A stretch of 64,000 nt of DNA. Origin: an uncultured Candidatus Saccharibacteria bacterium. GTDB lineage: Bacteria; Patescibacteriota; Minisyncoccia; Phycocordibacterales; UBA9973. The notes under the pieces were generated by a model. The model saw only the letters and a program-made list of their open reading frames with translations, did not search any database and was not told the DNA's origin. The stretch covers positions 2,450 through 66,449 of the forward strand of contig CAZBZO010000002.1 in NCBI GenBank assembly GCA_964496425.1. The letters run 5' to 3'. Of the stretch, positions 1 to 8,967 are shown piece after piece. Each line of letters begins with the position of its first letter. Within the stretch, counting starts at the first letter, position 1. The position numbers and the translations under genes were made by a program.

Positions 1-647
1 GCTTTTTCAAATTCGAGCAAATATTTTTCATCGGCATCTTTACGGAGGGCGAGGAGATTTTTTACTTCTTTATATTCTTTTGGATAGGCAAATGGAAATG
101 CTGCATCTTCCAGTTCGCCGCGGAGCTTACCCATCGAAAGGCGATTGGCAAGCGGTGCGTATATCTCGAGTGTTTCCATTGCTATGCGGCGCTGTTTATC
201 AGGTCGGACGTGCTTGAGCGTTTCGACATTGTGAAGTCGATCTGCTAGTTTAATGATGATCACGCGAAAATCTGCCGCAATAGAAACGAAAAATTTCCGT
301 AGATTTTCAATATTACGTTCGGCTCCGCGGTACTTGACCGTACCGAGTTTGGTTACGCCTTCTACAAGCCCTAAAATTTCCGATCCGAATTCTTTTTCAA
401 GCTCGGCACTGGTAGTCGGAGTGTCTTCGAGCACATCATGGAGAAAGCCGGCGGCAATAACTATCGGGCTCATACGGAGTGAAGCGAGCTTTTTGGCTGT
501 AGCAAGCACATGGATAAAATACGGTTCACCGCTTTTCCGTAGCTGCCCGTGGTGTGCTTTCAAGGCGAAATCATAGGCATGAGTTATGAGCGCTACATCC
601 TTTTTAGATACAGCACCGAGTTCAGAGACGATCTCTTGTATAGGCAT
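1..647 (-). CDS. RelA/SpoT family (p)ppGpp hydrolase/synthetase, N-terminal part (runs off window start)
   Basis: Manual translation: MPIQEIV...AHHGQLRKSGEPYFIHV...GFLHDVLEDT...VEGVTKL...IKLADRLHNVETL...TLEIYAPLANRL, typical RSH HD-domain motifs. Not in the ORF track because it is truncated. Confidence 0.92.
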   Translation of the reverse strand, partial: MPIQEIVSELGAVSKKDVALITHAYDFALKAHHGQLRKSGEPYFIHVLATAKKLASLRMSPIVIAAGFLHDVLEDTPTTSAELEKEFGSEILGLVEGVTKLGTVKYRGAERNIENLRKFFVSIAADFRVIIIKLADRLHNVETLKHVRPDKQRRIAMETLEIYAPLANRLSMGKLRGELEDAAFPFAYPKEYKEVKNLLALRKDADEKYLLEFEK

Positions 648-699
648 GCATCCATCATACATGACTTCCAAATTGCAAACAATTTTGTATTTGAGGGGC

Positions 700-2937
700 T
701 TAGAGGTCTATTTTTGCCTGCTTGTCTGGTCGATGGTTTTTGCAGAGTCTGTTACTGCAGCGCTCGGGAATAGTTTTGGTGCCTTCCATCATAAGACTTC
801 CACATTGATCACAAATACGTCCAGTTGGCTTGGCTTTTATTGCGTGTTTGCAGTCAGGATAATTTGAACATGAATAAAATATGCCAAAGCGACCGCGTCG
901 CTCCATCATATTTCCTTTTTTACAGACGGGACAGAGCACGTCTGTCATTTTCTTTTTCTTTTCTTCTTCGTCTTCTTTGATAAATTTACATTTCGGATAT
1001 CGCGAGCAGGAAACAAACATGCCGAAGCGGCCTTCGCGCGTCACAAGCTTGCCGCCGCCGCTCTTGGATGGTTCTTTCGGCTTTCCGTCTTTATCTAAGC
1101 CACAGAGTGGACACATCTCGCCCGTTTCTTTTGGTCCCTCCATCTCTTTGCCTTCAATCGTCCGTGCACCATCACACTCTGGATAGCGAGCACAGGACAT
1201 AAATTTTCCATTGCGGCCGAGCTTGATGATCATCGCACCGCCGCATTTCGGACAGAGAAATTCTTTTGGTGCGTCGCCGAGCGTAGTGAGCTTGTCTATT
1301 TTATCTTTTGCTTTTACCTCTTTTTGAAACGGTCCGTAAAAATCTTTGAGTGTTTTTACATATTCGCGTTTGCCTTCGGCGATCTCATCGAGCTGATCTT
1401 CCATGTCCGCCGTGAAGGTGTCACTAATATATTCTGCAAAATTATTTTCTAAAAACGTTGAGACGACGTCACCAGTATCAGTCGGGAACAGGGTGCGGCC
1501 TTCTTTGGTCACATACCCGCGCTCTTCAATCGTGCGCATGATAGATGCATACGTACTCGGTCGTCCTATACCGCGGGCTTCAAGTTCTTTGACGAGGCCT
1601 GCTTCGCTGTAGCGGCCTGGAGGCTCGGTAGCTTTTTCTTCGCTCTCTAAATGGACGAGCATTAATGTTTCACCAGCTGTTACCTTTGGAAGCTCTACGT
1701 CTTCTCCGCGCGCACCGGTATCGACTGCAAGCCAGCCGGGAAAAAGTACACGTGAACCGTTCGCTGCAAATGCTGGGATTTCTTTTTCATGACCTTTGAC
1801 CACTGCAGTGATTTTTGTTTTCAAAAGTTTGGCGTCCACCATTTGAGACGAGACAGCTCGCTCCCAAATGAGGGTATATAATTTTTTCTGCTCATCGTTT
1901 GCGCCTTCATGAAGTGCTTCGACATGCGACGGGCGAATAGCTTCATGCGCCTCTTGAGCATTTTTGGATTTGGTTTTATAGACATTGGCTTGTGCGTATT
2001 CCTTGCCGTATTTTTTGGTGATAAGCGCCAAGATTTGCTCTTGAGCTACCTTGGAAATGTTGGTGCTGTCAGTACGCATGTAGGTGATATGTCCGGCTTC
2101 GTAAAGTTTTTGCGCGACTTGCATGGTGCGTGATGGGGAAAAGCCGAGACGGGTGCTGGCGACTTGTTGGAGGGTAGAAGTGGTAAATGGCGCTCGAGCA
2201 GTACGTTTCTGTTCTGATTCTTTCACGTCGTCCACAATCCATGCGCCGGCACGTCCGACTTCTAGAATTTTTTTCACAACTTTTTCATCACGTGGCTCCT
2301 CTGCACACGTGAGAGCAAGTTCTTCCTTTTTGATAGTATGAAAGAGTCCTTTGATGACCCAATATTGCTCAGGAACGAATGCGCGGATTTCACGCTCACG
2401 TTCCATGATGATGCGTAGCGCTGGAGATTGTACGCGTCCAGCAGAGAGACCGTAGCGCACTTTTTTCCAAATAAGTCCGGAGAGATCATAGCCGACTAGG
2501 CGATCAAGCACTCGGCGAGCTTCTTGTGCTTGGACTAAGTCGCCGTCAATATCGCGCGGATGTTTCAAGGCTTCTTCGACGGCTTCTTTAGTAATCTCAT
2601 TGAAGGCCACGCGTTTGATCGGCGCTTTGACTTTTTTGTCTTCGTCGAGGATAGCTTTGATATGCCAGGAAATCGCTTCACCTTCACGGTCAGGGTCGGT
2701 AGCAAGCATGATCTCTTTCGCTTTTTCTGCTAGGCCTTGCAGCTCGTGCACTACTTTTTCTTTGCCTTTGGAGATTTCGTAGAAGGGGACGAAGCCAGCA
2801 GGAATGTCGATGGCTTTTTTGTTGGACTTCGGAATATCCCGCACGTGGCCGACGGATGCGCGCACAGTAAAAGCGCCATCGAGATATTTCTCGATTGTTT
2901 TTGCTTTTGATGGGGATTCGACAATTAGTAATTTCAT
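700..2937 (-). CDS. topA: DNA topoisomerase I with C-terminal zinc ribbons
   Basis: LLIVESPSKAKTI, ATDPDREGEAI, SAGRVQS, ITYMRTDS motifs; C4 zinc-ribbon repeats. Confidence 0.97.
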   Translation of the reverse strand: MKLLIVESPSKAKTIEKYLDGAFTVRASVGHVRDIPKSNKKAIDIPAGFVPFYEISKGKEKVVHELQGLAEKAKEIMLATDPDREGEAISWHIKAILDEDKKVKAPIKRVAFNEITKEAVEEALKHPRDIDGDLVQAQEARRVLDRLVGYDLSGLIWKKVRYGLSAGRVQSPALRIIMEREREIRAFVPEQYWVIKGLFHTIKKEELALTCAEEPRDEKVVKKILEVGRAGAWIVDDVKESEQKRTARAPFTTSTLQQVASTRLGFSPSRTMQVAQKLYEAGHITYMRTDSTNISKVAQEQILALITKKYGKEYAQANVYKTKSKNAQEAHEAIRPSHVEALHEGANDEQKKLYTLIWERAVSSQMVDAKLLKTKITAVVKGHEKEIPAFAANGSRVLFPGWLAVDTGARGEDVELPKVTAGETLMLVHLESEEKATEPPGRYSEAGLVKELEARGIGRPSTYASIMRTIEERGYVTKEGRTLFPTDTGDVVSTFLENNFAEYISDTFTADMEDQLDEIAEGKREYVKTLKDFYGPFQKEVKAKDKIDKLTTLGDAPKEFLCPKCGGAMIIKLGRNGKFMSCARYPECDGARTIEGKEMEGPKETGEMCPLCGLDKDGKPKEPSKSGGGKLVTREGRFGMFVSCSRYPKCKFIKEDEEEKKKKMTDVLCPVCKKGNMMERRGRFGIFYSCSNYPDCKHAIKAKPTGRICDQCGSLMMEGTKTIPERCSNRLCKNHRPDKQAKIDL

Positions 2938-3090
2938 AGTAAATAGGTAGAAGTAAATAGTTAATAGCTATTCACTGAAGCTAATTAGTAGCATCAATCA
3001 ATTTTTTTGGCAAATTTTGGTAAATAAAAAACTTCCTTATCCATAATTAAATATATGAATAAGGAAATTATATTTCAGTGAATTTTTGAC

Positions 3091-3585
3091 TCAGCGGCGC
3101 TGAACCATATCGCTGTCCAAGATATCTTTCAAGTCAGGTTTGCGTGTTGTGTAGCGTAAAATGGACACAAGAATTCTTGAGAGGATTATTGAGGCAATAT
3201 TAAATTGAAGGCAACTAATTAAAATCTCTACTTCCTCGAATATATACCAATCCTGAAATCCTATCAGTATTGTGAAGTAGACAAATTCAATACAATTTAA
3301 TGTCCTAAGACTGACCCAAACCGCCCGTGCTCTTACTAAATTTGATTCTTTCCAAAATCGTAGGTATGTGAATGTGGCAACTAATATTATTGGAACAATT
3401 AAGAAAAGTCCAAATTCAACACGATCATTCCAAAAAAATAAGTTCATTGATCCTAAGGGTAGTACAAAGGATAGTTCGAGCATTAACCTCATTGATAGAT
3501 AAGTAAGGAATCCCATTAGTATGAGTAGGCAGGATTTTCCCCAACGTCTGAGCTTTTTCAGCTCGGTGTATTCTTCTTTTTTCAT
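3091..3585 (-). CDS. Hypothetical multi-pass membrane protein (AT-rich)
   Basis: 164-aa ORF with about four hydrophobic segments, between dprA and topA on the same strand. Confidence 0.6.
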   Translation of the reverse strand: MKKEEYTELKKLRRWGKSCLLILMGFLTYLSMRLMLELSFVLPLGSMNLFFWNDRVEFGLFLIVPIILVATFTYLRFWKESNLVRARAVWVSLRTLNCIEFVYFTILIGFQDWYIFEEVEILISCLQFNIASIILSRILVSILRYTTRKPDLKDILDSDMVQRR

Positions 3586-3660
3586 AGGAATGTTGTTTTG
3601 CTTGAAACTCTAACACTCTATGACTTTTTGTCAATTTGTATAAGATATTCATAGAAATAT

Positions 3661-4512
3661 TTAAGCTCGCCTGATCTCACCCATTTCTTCTTTGATGAGT
3701 CCTTTGATTTCCATGACTGAAAGAATAGTGTTGGCTTTGGCGGTATCCATTTTCATGAGACGCAAAAGTTCGTCACGAGGATATGGCTCGCGCAAGATTT
3801 CCAAAACTTGTTTTTCTTCCGGGCTACAGTCCTCGAGTTCGCGATTGATTTTTTCTTCAGTGTCGACGCTAAATCCAAGTGCGAGCAACAGCTCTTCGAC
3901 TTTGGTGATTGGTGTGGCTCCGAGACGAAGAAGACTATTGGTACCGATTGAAGTCGGAGAAAATATCGAGCCGGGAATCACGAGAAGATCGCGATTGTAG
4001 TCGAGCGCGAGTCGTGCAGTGATAAGTGTGCCGGATTTGTCTTCAGCTTCAATGATGAGAGTCGCTTTTGCAAGTCCTGCCATCAATCGATTGCGCTGCG
4101 GAAAGGTCCAATATGCCGCTTTAGTTTCGGGTGGGAGTTCGGAGATGAGCGCACCGCCTGCGTCAAGAATTTTTTTCACCAAGGTTTTATTGACGGCGGG
4201 GTAGAGCACATTTTCTCCGAGGCCAGAGCCCGGGAAAGCTATCGTTAGTAAATCATTCGCAAGGGCAGCGTTGTGAGCAATCGTGTCGATACCGTAGGCT
4301 AGACCCGAAACTATGACGACGGGGTAGCCTCGAAGTCCAGCGATGAGTTTCTCGCAAGCTTCGCGGCCGTAGGAAGAAAATTTTCGTGAGCCGACGACGG
4401 TGAGATAGACTGATCCTTGTGGTGGCAGATTGCCCTGGATATAAAGTTTTTTTGGCGCCTGCGGAATTTCTAAAAGTTCTACAGGGATCTCATGTTCTTC
4501 GAGAAGCCTCAT
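3661..4512 (-). CDS. dprA: DNA-processing protein DprA
   Basis: VVGSR, IVSGLAYGID, FPQRNR, SGTLITA motifs; C-terminal winged helix. Confidence 0.95.
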   Translation of the reverse strand: MRLLEEHEIPVELLEIPQAPKKLYIQGNLPPQGSVYLTVVGSRKFSSYGREACEKLIAGLRGYPVVIVSGLAYGIDTIAHNAALANDLLTIAFPGSGLGENVLYPAVNKTLVKKILDAGGALISELPPETKAAYWTFPQRNRLMAGLAKATLIIEAEDKSGTLITARLALDYNRDLLVIPGSIFSPTSIGTNSLLRLGATPITKVEELLLALGFSVDTEEKINRELEDCSPEEKQVLEILREPYPRDELLRLMKMDTAKANTILSVMEIKGLIKEEMGEIRRA

Positions 4513-4557
4513 ATTGTTAATTCTACCATTTGCTGGTACTATTTGAAGACAAAAGCT

Positions 4558-5820
4558 ATGTTAGATATCAAATTTATCCGAGAAAATAAGGATCTTGTAG
4601 CCGCCGGTGCAAAGAAAAAGCAGATCGATTTTGACGTGGAAGCACTGTGCGCTATCGACGATAAACGTCTCGCCTTGATGCGCGAAACCGAAGCTTTGCG
4701 TGCTGAGCAAAATGAAATGTCTACGCATATCAGTACTGAAGCTGATAGTGAAAAGCGGGCGGCGATGATAGCAGGCATGCGCACTGTCAAAGAAAATTTT
4801 AATGCCAAAGAAGAAGAGCTCAAAGAAGTCATGAAAGAGTGGCAGGTCCTCATGCTTCATGCGCCAAACATTCCTGATATGTCAGTGCCAGAAGGTGAGA
4901 GTGACGCGAATAATCAAGAGATAAAAAAGTGGGGAGAGTTGCCGCAGTTTGATTTTACTCCAAAGTCACACATCGAGATCATGACAGCTCTCGGTATGCT
5001 CGATCTTGAGCGTGGTACCAAAGTGGCAGGATTTCGCGGATATATATTGAAGGGTGACGGTGCGCGATTGTCGTTTGCGATTTGGCAGTACGCACTGTCG
5101 TTTTTCTCTAGTCGCGGTTTTACCCCGATGATCGTTCCATCGCTTGTGCGACGAGAATCATTGATGGGCACTGGTTTTCTGCCGCAAAGCGAAGATGATA
5201 TTTATAAAGTGCAGGACGAATTATATTTGGCAGGAACTGGCGAAGTGGCGACTATGGGCTACCACGCTGGCGAAGTGCTTGAAAAAAACCAGCTTCCATT
5301 AAAATACTTAGCATTCTCGCCATGTTTTCGTCGAGAGATCGGCGCACATGCAAAAGATGTGAAAGGCCTTATCCGCGTGCATGAATTTTTCAAGTTTGAG
5401 CAAGTGATTTTGTCTGAAGCTTCGCATGAGGAATCAGTGCGTCATCATGAAGAGCTTACAGAAAATACAGAGCATTTCATCGAGTCGCTCGGCATTCCAT
5501 ATCATCGGGTGCTCAACTGCGGCGGCGATCTTGGTCTCGGGCAAGTGAAAAAATACGATATTGAACTTTGGGTCCCGCTTGAAAATACCTATCGGGAAAT
5601 CGGCTCGGCATCATATTTCCATGATTTTCAAACCCGCCGCTTAGGTATTCGGTATAAAGATGACGATGGCAAGCTTCGCTATGTGCATTCGCTCAACAAT
5701 ACTGCGATCCCTACGCCACGCATCCTTGTTTCTTTGGTAGAAAATTTTCAGCAAGCTGATGGCTCAATCCGTATTCCTGACGCGCTCGTACCGTATTTTG
5801 GAAAAGATACTATTAAATAG
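4558..5820 (+). CDS. serS: Serine--tRNA ligase
   Basis: MLDIKFIREN start, CFRREIG, GLIRVHEFFKFEQ, YVHSLNNT, ENFQQADGSI. Confidence 0.97.
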   Translation: MLDIKFIRENKDLVAAGAKKKQIDFDVEALCAIDDKRLALMRETEALRAEQNEMSTHISTEADSEKRAAMIAGMRTVKENFNAKEEELKEVMKEWQVLMLHAPNIPDMSVPEGESDANNQEIKKWGELPQFDFTPKSHIEIMTALGMLDLERGTKVAGFRGYILKGDGARLSFAIWQYALSFFSSRGFTPMIVPSLVRRESLMGTGFLPQSEDDIYKVQDELYLAGTGEVATMGYHAGEVLEKNQLPLKYLAFSPCFRREIGAHAKDVKGLIRVHEFFKFEQVILSEASHEESVRHHEELTENTEHFIESLGIPYHRVLNCGGDLGLGQVKKYDIELWVPLENTYREIGSASYFHDFQTRRLGIRYKDDDGKLRYVHSLNNTAIPTPRILVSLVENFQQADGSIRIPDALVPYFGKDTIK

Positions 5821-5832
5821 CTTGTAGGCTGT

Positions 5833-6717
5833 ATGAAGACATCGCGAGACATTGTATTGCCTCCCAAAGTCGTCGCTCTTGCGCGCCAAAAGCGTCTTCG
5901 CAAACGAAGACGGACAATTCTCTGGGGTATTTTTTCTATCCTTTGTATTTTTTTTCTTGCGTGGATCTCGACGCTTGAAGCGCTGGCTATCCGGACGATT
6001 GAAGTTTCAGGTAATGTTGTGATACCTGAGAGTAGGCTTGTCGAACATGTAGAAAAAAAATTAGAAGGGAAGTATATCCATTTGTTTTCCAAACGCAATA
6101 GTTTCATTTATCCAAAGCGCACGGTGACCGAGAGCATGACCGAAGAATTTTCTCGTATCCGTACACTGGAAGTCTCTCGCAAAAATCTCCATACGCTCTC
6201 CATTCGTATCACTGAAGAAGCCGGAAAATATTTATGGTGCGGTGAAAAATTTACCGGCCTTAAACAAGTTGCGCCGTGTTACTACGTAAACAACCAAGGA
6301 GAGATATTTGCTGAAGCACCATTTTTCTCGGGGAACATTTACTTCAAATTTTTTACGCCACTTGTCGGAGATTCACCGAAAGCTCCGATTGGGAATACTA
6401 TTTCTGCGTCAGAGGGTTTTCATACTTATATAGAATTTATGGACAGTGTGCAGGCGCTCGATCTGCCGCTTGCTGGATTTGTGACTGTGTCTGACACAGA
6501 AAATAATATTGTCCTTTATGGAAAGAATACTACGGAGTTGCCACGCATTCGCTTCAGTAGTGATGCGGACCTCGTACAGGTAGCGAACGATTTGGCTTTG
6601 GTACTGAAAACTGAAGCATTTGCAGGAGATCGGGAAGATATATTGAGTCGACTCGACTACATTGATCTACGGTTTGAAAATAAAGCGTACTACAAATTTA
6701 AGGTGGCAGGTTTTTAA
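5833..6717 (+). CDS. FtsQ/DivIB-like cell division protein
   Basis: Basic N-terminus, one TM helix, POTRA-like IEVSGN, C-terminal YIDLRF motif. Confidence 0.75.
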   Translation: MKTSRDIVLPPKVVALARQKRLRKRRRTILWGIFSILCIFFLAWISTLEALAIRTIEVSGNVVIPESRLVEHVEKKLEGKYIHLFSKRNSFIYPKRTVTESMTEEFSRIRTLEVSRKNLHTLSIRITEEAGKYLWCGEKFTGLKQVAPCYYVNNQGEIFAEAPFFSGNIYFKFFTPLVGDSPKAPIGNTISASEGFHTYIEFMDSVQALDLPLAGFVTVSDTENNIVLYGKNTTELPRIRFSSDADLVQVANDLALVLKTEAFAGDREDILSRLDYIDLRFENKAYYKFKVAGF

Positions 6718-6724
6718 AATTAAA

Positions 6725-7723
6725 ATGATAAAAAATGCAAATCAAAATTTTTGGGATAGTTTGCCGCATCCTTTTTTTGTATTGGCGCCGATGGCTGATG
6801 TGACAGATGAAGCATTCCGTCAAATCATTGCAAAACATTCGAGACACGGACAAGTCGGCGGCGGTCCAGATGTATTTTGGACAGAGTTTGTTTCGGCTGA
6901 CGGACTCGCGAGTGGAGGTAGGGAAGTTTTGAAGCGTGATCTGGCATATTCGCATGGTGAGCATCCGATCGTGGCGCAGATATTTGGCTCAAATCCAGAC
7001 AACATTTTTACGGCCGCAAAACTTTGTCGCGAACTTGGCTTCGATGGTGTCGATATCAATATGGGTTGTCCTGATCGCTCGATCGAAAAACAAGGCGCGG
7101 GAGCCGCTCATATCAAAGATCCTGCCACTGCTGCTCGTGTTATCGCTGCTGCCAAAGCAGGTACCGATGGATTACCTGTCTCAGTGAAAACCCGAGTCGG
7201 ATATAACAAAATAGAAATTGATACCTGGATCCCATTTCTCCTTGAGCAAGACCTCGCAGCACTCACGGTTCATGCCCGCACACGCAAAGAAATGTCTTTG
7301 GTGCCCGCTCGCTGGGAACATGTAAGAGAAGCAGTAAAGATGCGAGATAAAATAGGGAAAGCTACTCGTATCATTGGTAACGGTGATGTGCAAGATCTTG
7401 TTGACGCAAAAAAGAAAGCTCTAGAAACAGGCTGCGACGGTGTGATGCTCGGTCGGGCAATATTTGGCAATCCGTGGCTTTTTGATACGAACAAAGATTC
7501 TCTATCGATAAAAGAAAAACTTACCGTCATGGTGGAACACACCAAACTCTTCGAGGAGTGTCTTGGTGACATCAAAAGTTTTGCCATTATGAAAAAGCAC
7601 TATAAGGCCTACGTAAATGGTTTTGATGGTGCCAAAGAACTCCGGATGCGCCTTATGGACACTGCCCACACCGCAGCAGATGTTGGAATACTCGTGGACG
7701 AATATTTGAATACGCTGCCGTAA
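6725..7723 (+). CDS. tRNA-dihydrouridine synthase (Dus family)
   Basis: LAPMADVTD, DINMGCP, VSVKTR, HART, GNGDV, GRAIFGNPW. Confidence 0.93.
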   Translation: MIKNANQNFWDSLPHPFFVLAPMADVTDEAFRQIIAKHSRHGQVGGGPDVFWTEFVSADGLASGGREVLKRDLAYSHGEHPIVAQIFGSNPDNIFTAAKLCRELGFDGVDINMGCPDRSIEKQGAGAAHIKDPATAARVIAAAKAGTDGLPVSVKTRVGYNKIEIDTWIPFLLEQDLAALTVHARTRKEMSLVPARWEHVREAVKMRDKIGKATRIIGNGDVQDLVDAKKKALETGCDGVMLGRAIFGNPWLFDTNKDSLSIKEKLTVMVEHTKLFEECLGDIKSFAIMKKHYKAYVNGFDGAKELRMRLMDTAHTAADVGILVDEYLNTLP

Positions 7724-7728
7724 ATTTT

Positions 7729-7772
7729 CTGTGGAAAACTCCGCTTGTGTAATTTTTATTTTTCGCTACACT
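7729..7772 (+). promoter_or_regulatory. DnaA-box-like TGTGGAAAA followed by a sigma70-like promoter
   Basis: TGTGGAAAA 7730-7738; TTGTGT 7745-7750; 16-bp spacer; TACACT 7767-7772. Confidence 0.45.
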
Positions 7773-7842
7773 ACTTCCTAGTGTATATAAAAAGGAAATT
7801 TAAAAATGTTTGTGTCGACGATGTTTTTGATTTTTCTTTTTT

Positions 7843-7871
7843 AAAAGCCCCCGCTTCGGGGGCTTTTTTTT
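7843..7871 (+). terminator. Intrinsic terminator hairpin in the leader of the aaRS-like gene
   Basis: AAAAGCCCCCG-CTT-CGGGGGC-TTTTTTTT. Confidence 0.75.
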
Positions 7872-7899
7872 ATCAAAATTATAAAAAAATAAATGGTAT

Positions 7900-8733
7900 A
7901 TGATCAACAATTATAAAGGGGTAGAGGACACAGTCGCGTTTAGTAAAGCAGTGAACATGCTTCGCGGGTTTTTCCTTAAGAAAGGATTTACTGAAGTTTC
8001 CACACAAGATCGTCTGTCTATCTTGGCGGCATGCGAAGATCCGTCGACGGTCGCAATGTTTGAATATTCGGGAGAGCGTTGGCCGTTGCCGCAAACGGGA
8101 CAAATGTGGCTTGAATACGAATTGCTTTCAAAACCGGAGCTTGCCGGAGTCTTCTGCGTGTCGACAAGTTATCGAGCTGAGAAAAATCCTGTCCCGGGCC
8201 GCCATAAAGTTATTTTTCCAATGTTTGAATTCGAGACTCGTGGCACTATCGATGATCTTCGGGCACTTGAAGAAGAACTATTGCATGATCTCGGCTTTGC
8301 TGCGCCCTTTATCCATAAACAGTATGATGAGCTCGCGCAGCACTATGGCGTCGCCGATCTTTCACATAAAGAGGAAAATATGATGGAGCATGATTTCAGC
8401 CCGGTTTTATTTTTGGAAAATTTTCCTATTAAAACGTCGCCCTTTTGGAATATGAAACGCAACGGTGACCATGCCAATAAAATCGATGTCATTTTGCACG
8501 GCAATGAAACCATCGGTTCTGCGGAGCGGAGCACGAACCCGATCGAGATGAAAGAGGAGTTCTATACCATCTCAGGTGGTGGTTACGCAGCCAAGCTCTT
8601 TGAGCTTTTTGGGAAAGAAAGGGTAGAGAAGGAGCTGGAAGAATTTTTGACCCTCAATTTCTTCCCTCGATATGGCGCGGGCATCGGTATGAGTCGAATG
8701 ATTGATGCGCTTAAAAAGGCAAAAATTATATAA
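7900..8733 (+). CDS. Class IIb aminoacyl-tRNA synthetase catalytic-domain paralog (AsnRS/AspRS-like, no anticodon domain; possibly asparagine synthetase-like)
   Basis: Motif 2 SYRAE...RH, ETIGSAER, motif 3 GAGIGMSR; only 277 aa with no N-terminal OB fold. Confidence 0.75.
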   Translation: MINNYKGVEDTVAFSKAVNMLRGFFLKKGFTEVSTQDRLSILAACEDPSTVAMFEYSGERWPLPQTGQMWLEYELLSKPELAGVFCVSTSYRAEKNPVPGRHKVIFPMFEFETRGTIDDLRALEEELLHDLGFAAPFIHKQYDELAQHYGVADLSHKEENMMEHDFSPVLFLENFPIKTSPFWNMKRNGDHANKIDVILHGNETIGSAERSTNPIEMKEEFYTISGGGYAAKLFELFGKERVEKELEEFLTLNFFPRYGAGIGMSRMIDALKKAKII

Positions 8734-8967
8734 AAAATTTAGCGTAAAGGGATATGACGTCACATCGTAGTATTCTTATACGTCCCAGCTTAAGGATGGA
8801 TATCAGTCTGAGAATAGTTTTCCCCTCCTTGGTGGGACTTTTCCTTGACCCGCACTGGCAAAAAGGTTAAAATATGCAATATATATAAGTCTCGGTCAAT
8901 AGAACCCTATTGGCGTGATGGCTGTGTACGTGCTCGAAATTTATTATTACTTTAAGTTTAAAAATCT

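Noticed and set aside
8734-8967. Possible ncRNA or riboswitch upstream of the sortase substrate
   Set aside because: Only a plausible promoter (TTGACC..TAAAAT) and weak pairing were seen; no recognisable aptamer.
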